Origin: Octopus bimaculoides
Lineage: Eukaryota
Length of the DNA: 41,331 nucleotides
Assembly: GCF_001194135.2 (NCBI RefSeq)
Contig: NC_068986.1
Span: 23,624,915-23,666,245, forward strand
Reading direction: 5' to 3'
Shown: piece after piece, positions 34,542 to 41,331 of the stretch
Position numbering within the stretch: the stretch's first letter is position 1
Layout: each line of letters begins with the position of its first letter
Program-made: the position numbers and the translations under genes
Notes under the pieces: generated by a model
Told to the model about the DNA's origin: nothing
Database searches by the model: none
The model's input: the letters and a program-made list of their open reading frames with translations, nothing else

Positions 34542-34611
34542 CTTTGTTATTTCATTTTAGTCAACATACACACGTTCACGTACAAACTGCGTTTGTGCTG
34601 CAAACTTCGGC

Positions 34612-35010
34612 TAGTGTCTTCCACTATAGCCCCAAGTCCACCAATAATTTGTGAGTGAATTTGGAAGCCTGTTGTACACACACACACCCGCACACACACA
34701 CACATACACACACACAGACACACAGACACACAGACACACACAGACACACACACACACACATACACACACACACAACCACACACATATACTTACGTTTGTG
34801 AAAGTGCTTTTGTATCTGCGTTTTGCTTCTCCTCGCAGCAGAACAACCGGTGTAGTTTTGTGTCCGTCCCCGCAATTCAGCAATTCGGCGAAAGACACCG
34901 AGAAAAAAAAAAAAGCAAAAGTACTAGAGTCGATATTTTGGACAAGACGCTTCTAAGTCGGTGTCACCGCCTGTCCATTGTCCCATGACTGAAATAAGTA
35001 AAAGAAAAAA
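34612..35010 (+). mobile_element. Old, degenerate SINE family A copy
   Basis: AGTGTCTTCCACTATAGCC...TGTGAGTGAATTTGG, (CA)n, ACAACCGGTGT...TTCGGCGAAAGACACCGA...ATGACTGAAATAAGTAAAAGA. Confidence 0.6.
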
Positions 35011-35649
35011 ATATCGTGATATCGTGAAAGTACGTAAATATTCCTCTTTTTGTTATACAGTGGAATGCACGAAAAAATAGCCCGTGTTCCGTAGCATAGT
35101 GTAAATATAAAAATAAATTTACACACACAAAAATGCGTCTAGCCTTTCTTTTACATGTTATTGTGTTATTTTGACCCTTGTAACTGCTGAGCAAAGATGG
35201 TGCACTAGTCGACTGCTTCATGCGTTATCCTCACCGATCCTTCACCACATTGGTTGATTAGTTGAGTGGACATCTCCAGCCTTTTCTGAAAGAAGAATAC
35301 TCAAGAACGGAGAGAATGGAAATTATGGAAGCGTACGTGAGAACAAGTTCTATATAACAAACATGTGTGTGAGTGTGTGTGTATGTGTGTATGTTTGTGT
35401 GCGTGTTGATTTCCTTCGCTTTGAATAACTGAATAACTTCCAGCGTTCAAAGTGCAGGATTCCTTTGTTTTGCGACGTTGTTCAATGACTCCCTAGCACG
35501 TCACTTAACTATCATTTGTGTCGCTCCCTTTGCCGGTAAGCTTTTACCCGGAAACTTGACTAAATATTACATGCACTTGCTTCATATATATATATATGGG
35601 TCCTTCGGGTGCTTAGATAAAATGCGATTGTCTAGTTGGTTCAGTGTTC

Positions 35650-36900
35650 ATCCATGTTAGTTTTTGGCACGTTGGTAGAGTATGAAGGACTCTTTTTGTC
35701 ATCATACTGCATCAAGTAATCATGCATTCTCTCTGCAATACTTCTAGGTGTTTCGTCAATGTATGCCATGTTCTTGTTTTTACAAGTACCTTCTATAACT
35801 TTATGCTGCAGGCTACATTTCTAGTTCTACAGTTAATGCCATGTTTAATCTTACACACTACGCAGTTCTTATTGGTGCATGTGCTATTTTCGAAGGGCTA
35901 CGTCCTACATAACTGTGATCTAATGGTGCTCCCAGACTTTTCAACGATCTTAATGTTGAGTTTGATCTCCTTCACAGATTTCCTAAATCTACGGGCTAGT
36001 TCCCCATGGGGCGTGGCCTCTACAAACATCACTCCTTGATATTTGTCAGCCCTGTACTATGTGTTCGCTCTGTTTGCTTTGTCAAAACTCTCTGTATATT
36101 ATTCCAGTCTTTACCTTTGTATCTAGGGCGAGTATCACTGGCTTCATTACATATAATGCTATCTAACTCCTTTCTAGCTCTCCTGTACACACGAATCCCA
36201 TCTTTCTGGTGATATCCAGAGAATTGTATACGGTGCATGAAATTCTGTACATGTTTTTGTTACTTCATAGGGTTGGCGTAGGAGGCACACGTTATTTATT
36301 ATCCTAACTAAATCTACTATTAATATGTTAATTTTCGTATTGTATGACAGAACTGAGTTCCTGTGAACAACATATTTAGAAGCTATGGGTTTCAGGTAAT
36401 ATGAGTGCGGTTGTGGCGCTCTGTTGTCTACAGTCTCTTACCAAAGTTCACTATCAAGGGCAGGGAGTCTATTGTTAGGGTGCATAGTGAGGTAATCTAT
36501 AGTTATCTTGATATTTTGGTGGATGGAGTTAGCTATGTGCTGGATGCTCTCCATTATGCTCCTCTCGGTTTCTACACTACATTTACAAGGGTTTGTCCTA
36601 ACTAGAATGTTGATATCATCTGCATATCTACAATAAAGCAATGCAGTTGTGGCTTGTTCAGCTGGAAATTGTTTAAGTTTTCTGTCCCATCAGGTCAGGA
36701 AGAGGCTGGCTACATCTCCAGCCTCACCAACACCAATGGCTACATCTTGAACCTGCATGTTTAGTTTCCTATCAGACTTCACTATTTGGTTCCTTTTTTG
36801 ATAGATTCATGATGGCTAAAAAAGAATTCTGCTTGGAAAACTGGAAATATTTGTGGTTGTGTGTTTTGTTTTTGGTTAGGGGTCCTTTTTATACTTTTAT
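35650..36900 (-). pseudogene. Penelope-like element relic: reverse transcriptase plus GIY-YIG endonuclease
   Basis: The minus strand gives QVQDVAIGVGEAGDVASLFL*WD, RYADDI (YADD at 36615-36626), NSIHQNIKITID...LPALD, HRIQFSGY, then AYIDETPRSIAERMHD (35749-35763 region). Multiple stops and frameshifts. Confidence 0.85.
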
Positions 36901-37854
36901 TTGTGCGACGAGTCCCCGGGAGATGCGTAAATGGACAATTATGCTGTAGACATAATCTGTTACGCTGGGAATAGTGGCAGACTCTAGGGTTCCTTGTAAT
37001 ATGAGTGGTTTTTCAAATTTGAGTTAGTATTTGGTAAGTGTGATGGCAGTGGTGGTAATGGCGTTGTGTTAGATTGTGCACTTTATGCTTTCGGTGCGAA
37101 TATATATATATATATATATATANNNNNNNNNNNNNNNNNNNNNNNNNNNNNNNNNNNNNNNNNNNNNNNNNNNNNNNNNNNNNNNNNNNNNNATATACAA
37201 ATACTTAGATACGTACGTATGTATACATATGCGAGTGTGTGTATGTGTGTATGTCTGTGATAAAAAAATAAAATAGATTTTAATGTAAAAAAGATAAACT
37301 AGGTTGTCGTAAAATATATAAGTATATAAAAGTACATAAAAATATTAAAATCATGTTTTCATATATACACAAACATATATTTATATATTTATATATGTAT
37401 TTCTACTTACGTATGTATGTATATAGGTAAGTATGAATTTTACACAGCTGCATGAACTTTTAATATATTAATTATATTTTGCGCTAAACGAATTATTTCT
37501 TTTCATTCCAACTTCACATTATCATTATTTTGTTTAGTCATGTACAACGTGTTTTGCATAAACATATATCTATAAACACAAGTATGTGTGCATGTAGATA
37601 TGTATTATATGTATATACATTGATGCTTGTTAACTGTTCATGTATTATTAATCTATATATTACTAGTCTATGTGTCTGTGTTTGGTCAAATATGAAACGA
37701 GTAATTAAATCTGAATGTAGGAGGTGGCATCAATAATTTCCCAGACTAATGGTGTAGCGTGCCAACAGAGGGGAGCACACGATTGCGCGTGCACTTAGAG
37801 CTACTAGTACCTTCATGAAGCAATGTGCCGCATATATATATATATATATATATA

Positions 37855-38730
37855 CGAGGTGGTATTAAACAGTTTCCGGACTAGTTATGTTCAATGAAAA
37901 ATTAACTTATTTACCTACGTTTAAACAGCATCTCCTTTAAAATAGTCACCTTGCGCGGCAATACACTGGTACTAGTATTCTTGTCATGTTTGGAATCCGG
38001 CCTGGAAGTCGTTTTCCGTATGCTAGTCGGGGATCTTCTGCAATTCGCTCTGGGACTCAATGCTAAAACGGCGATGCTTTAGCTGCATTTTCATTTTGGG
38101 GAAGAGAAGGATCACACCACAAGTGCTATATCTGGTGAATAAGGTGGGTGCGGGAGCGATAGTATGTTGCTTTTGGCGAAAAATTCAGGAATGAAGAGAG
38201 CTCGGTGACAGCGGATTGTCGTCGTAAAGAATCCAATTCTTCGCGCTCCAGAGATCCTGTTACTTTCGGCGAATGTCCTACATGAAACGCTTCAAAACAT
38301 TGTAATAAAACTCTCGATTTGACGGTCTGAAACTGACGAATTCTCGGTGCACAATGCCACATATCCGGGGATGACGTTCGTGAGACGTCTTCCGATTGCT
38401 AATTGTCTTCCAGGGACGTTATTCTGCATTTGAAGCGCCCGTGCCACACGAAACATTGCGTACGAACTATTGCCTCGTCAGCGTAAGATTGCCGAAGCAT
38501 GCTCAATATCTCTATAGCAAATTTCCCAAGTTTAACGCAAAATTTCACGTTGGCTGTTTATTCCAGCTTCCTAACCATGACAAAAAATCGCAGAATACAT
38601 CATACACGTGGTCACAAAAACACAAATTCAACAAATTTGCGAAGTAAGCACAGTGATGTCATTCGGCACATTGCCTCATGAATGTCACTGGGCTCTCACT
38701 GTGCTCGCTACCGTATGCTGCCCTCTGTCG
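37855..38730 (-). mobile_element. Degenerate, internally deleted mariner (DD34D, probably irritans-type)
   Basis: ATG at 38578: MVRKLE*TANVKFCVKLGK...HGRFK (HTH). Then REFYYNVLKR...NWILYDDN...SLPHPPYSPDIA...LFPKMK...CIAAQGDY. One TIR begins TA|CGAGGTGGT at 37853; the other was not recognised. Confidence 0.88.
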
Positions 38731-38916
38731 TGTTGTGTTTTTGGAAAAGAACAACTCCTGGCATTCGAGTTAGTGATGTGAAACGAATTTGAATTACTGC
38801 TGTTTCGAGCTAATTCTATATCTTTATTGAAATCTTCATGCGTGTCTCTGAAGCTGGGCAGCCTTCACGTATTCAATTTGCCAGCTAGAAAATGTGAATA
38901 ATCAATATACGCCTAA

Positions 38917-38918
38917 TT

Positions 38919-38994
<76 letters not shown>

Positions 38995-38998
38995 TCAT

Positions 38999-39034
<36 letters not shown>

Positions 39035-39040
39035 TTTTTT

Positions 39041-39071
<31 letters not shown>

Positions 39072-39120
39072 ATCTTGCTCTCTCTCTTTCCCTCTAACTA
39101 TCTGTCTGTCTGTCTGTTTG

Positions 39121-39170
<50 letters not shown>
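38917..39170. repeat. Compound microsatellite (TTTC)n(TCTG)n(TCTA)n
   Basis: Seen directly; abuts the LINE 5' end. Confidence 0.97.
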
Positions 39171-39171
<1 letters not shown>

Positions 39172-39236
39172 CACCACAACTTCACGAAGGAGGGAACAAA
39201 GGAAGAAGTAGCACACAAACAGGTGCCAGTGTTAGC

Positions 39237-41331
39237 ATGAACGCTAACACCGCCACCACCATCACCACCACCAACAACAACACCGTCTCAAAGGCTATGA
39301 CCTCAAAGACAAACACCAACACCACCACCACAGCTTCACCGTCAACTACTACAACGGACGCCTCCACCACCACCACAGCCTCACCGTCAGCTACTACAAC
39401 GAACGCCCCTGCCACCACTATAAACAGCACCACCACCAACACCACCACCACGAATTTTGCAGAAGCATTGAAACAAAGAAAAACAGTTCTACATTTCACA
39501 CCAGAACAAATCAAACAAACCAAAGCCCTCTTAACAGAAAAGGGCTCAGGCCTACACCTAAACATACCACAAAACATCATAGAGAACACACGAAAGAGAA
39601 CAATAATATACAAAATCTTAAATGCTAAAACACGCAGACCAGAGCAAGCACCCCAAGAACTTATTGAAATTTGTTTACGCCCGATATGGGATTCCCAAAG
39701 ATATGTAAACTGGTGGAATAAATATGCTACAATCCAGGTTCGCTTCGACAGCGAAGAGAAAGCCAAAGAACTGTCGACACTCACACTACAGTGGGACAAA
39801 CTAATCCTAATTCCGACCTACCTTGGGCAACGTGTGACCAAAGTTTCAATAAGGAATATCCCTCCTGAAATACAGGCACAATGGCTTTTGTCCGCCATTT
39901 CTTACCGCATGGAAGAGGACTTCAACATTCTCGAGTATGCCACTTATCAGGAACTAAAATGGTCCGGAAAAAGGATCGAAGTATTGCTCCAAATCAATGA
40001 GAGTCAAGTAAGCAACATCCCACACCATATTGATATGCCAGACGGCCATATTCTCTATCTAGTGGTAGAAGGTAGGAGGCCTCGCTGCTACCTGTGTGGC
40101 AGAGAAGGGCACCTCCGAACTAACTGCCCAACAACAAAGAAAAATCAACAAGAGCAAGAACAACAACCACAACAAGGAAAGAGTACAAGGAAAAAGGAAC
40201 CTTTACTACCCACACCACCATCAACACAGAAAACAAGCAATGAGACACATCCAACAACACCAACAACACAGAAAACAAAAGAAACGNNNNNNNNNNNNNN
40301 NNNNNNNNNNNNNNNNNNNNNNNNNNNNNNNNNNNNNNNNNNNNNNNNTCTCGAGTATGCCACTTATCAGGAACTAAAATGGTCCGGAAAAAGGATCGAA
40401 GTATTGCTCCAAATCAATGAGAGTCAAGTAAGCAACATCCCACACCATATTGATATGCCAGACGGCCATATTCTCTATCTAGTGGTAGAAGGTAGGAGGC
40501 CTCGCTGCTACCTGTGTGGCAGAGAAGGGCACCTCCGAACTAACTGCCCAACAACAAAGAAAAATCAACAAGAGCAAGAACAACAACCACAACAAGGAAA
40601 GAGTACAAGGAAAAAGGAACCTTTACTACCCACACCACCATCAACACAGAAAACAAGCAATGAGACACATCCAACAACACCAACAACACAGAAAACAAAA
40701 GAAACGCATTCAACAACACCAACAAATGAACATAGAACAGCATTTGAAAAAACACCTACAACAAGAACTAAAGGAACAGTAAAACCAAAAGACAATACAA
40801 AAACTGATCCCCCTCCCCACACATCACATACACCACAACCAGAAAGTCAACAACCAGCAACAACAAAAACAACACAACCACTTACACAAACAAACACAGA
40901 TCCACACGACATTCCCCTGCCCCCTTCCGATTCCTCAGAACCTTCGACGGAAGACGAAAGTAGTGAGGAATGGCAAATAGCCCAGAAAGGAAGGAGGAAG
41001 AGGAGCAAGAAAAGAAAAGCAAACACAAACAAAGCAGGGAGATACACAACTCCTGAAAACACTCCAGACACCAACACAAGCACACACAACAGCACAAGCA
41101 ACAAAACCCCAAAAGTAAGCACAAACACAATGCTCACTACCATCAACACAAAAAACTCAGAGTTGATGGAATACATCAACACAAAAACAAACATAACAAA
41201 CGAAGACATAAAAACCAGCAACCACCCGTACACAACACCGCCAGAACACATAAAAATACTACACATAACACCAGCCCTGCACCACACACTAAAATCTATT
41301 TTTCCCAAGGCAGTTGGCAAATGCCAAAAAT
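39237..41331 (+). CDS. Non-LTR retrotransposon ORF1 (L1/Tx1-like gag-like protein), partial, open to the window end
   Basis: No stop from ATG 39237 to 41331. Thr-rich N-terminus, NFAEALK, RRM-like TKVSIRNIPPEI, zinc knuckle CYLCGREGHLRTNC (40086-40127; CX2CX4HX4C), long T/P/Q/K linker and WQIAQKGRRKRSKKRK. About 558 aa once the 420-bp false duplication is removed. Confidence 0.85.
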   Translation, partial: MNANTATTITTTNNNTVSKAMTSKTNTNTTTTASPSTTTTDASTTTTASPSATTTNAPATTINSTTTNTTTTNFAEALKQRKTVLHFTPEQIKQTKALLTEKGSGLHLNIPQNIIENTRKRTIIYKILNAKTRRPEQAPQELIEICLRPIWDSQRYVNWWNKYATIQVRFDSEEKAKELSTLTLQWDKLILIPTYLGQRVTKVSIRNIPPEIQAQWLLSAISYRMEEDFNILEYATYQELKWSGKRIEVLLQINESQVSNIPHHIDMPDGHILYLVVEGRRPRCYLCGREGHLRTNCPTTKKNQQEQEQQPQQGKSTRKKEPLLPTPPSTQKTSNETHPTTPTTQKTKETXXXXXXXXXXXXXXXXXXXXXLEYATYQELKWSGKRIEVLLQINESQVSNIPHHIDMPDGHILYLVVEGRRPRCYLCGREGHLRTNCPTTKKNQQEQEQQPQQGKSTRKKEPLLPTPPSTQKTSNETHPTTPTTQKTKETHSTTPTNEHRTAFEKTPTTRTKGTVKPKDNTKTDPPPHTSHTPQPESQQPATTKTTQPLTQTNTDPHDIPLPPSDSSEPSTEDESSEEWQIAQKGRRKRSKKRKANTNKAGRYTTPENTPDTNTSTHNSTSNKTPKVSTNTMLTTINTKNSELMEYINTKTNITNEDIKTSNHPYTTPPEHIKILHITPALHHTLKSIFPKAVGKCQK
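39929..40706. other. Assembly artefact: identical 358-bp overlap on either side of a 62-N gap
   Basis: 39929-40286 equals 40349-40706, each ending or starting exactly at the gap edge. Confidence 0.9.

Noticed and set aside
35290-35355. YSRTERMEIMEAYVRTSSI, like a Tc1/mariner N-terminal HTH
   Set aside because: It is only about 20 codons with no TIR or further domain.
39182-41320. Hydrophobic minus-strand ORFs (39182-39799, 40847-41320 and others)
   Set aside because: They are antisense shadows of the A/C-rich LINE ORF1.

Overview
AT-rich, repeat-dense eukaryotic draft scaffold with 13 N-gaps (about 3.2 kb), most of them at (TA)n runs. The SINE repertoire suggests an octopus (coleoid cephalopod) genome; this is inferred from recalled repeat sequences. 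No host protein-coding gene can be called with confidence, and nearly all listed ORFs are microsatellite or gap artefacts. Supported content: three tRNA-headed SINE families (labelled A, B, C here), two internally deleted mariner elements, Penelope-like element (PLE) relics including an RT + GIY-YIG copy, an uninterrupted L1/Tx1-type ORF1 that runs off the right edge and is absent from the ORF track, a 430-bp foldback element, and an eroded tandem segmental duplication at about 7.9-21.3 kb. The main observation is a retrozyme-like repeat family at two loci (2746-3604 and 25596-26006). Each is slightly more than one unit of a 340-341 bp repeat carrying a type I hammerhead ribozyme fold whose helices covary between the loci. 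Two further minimal hammerhead motifs lie at 19113 and 22351.
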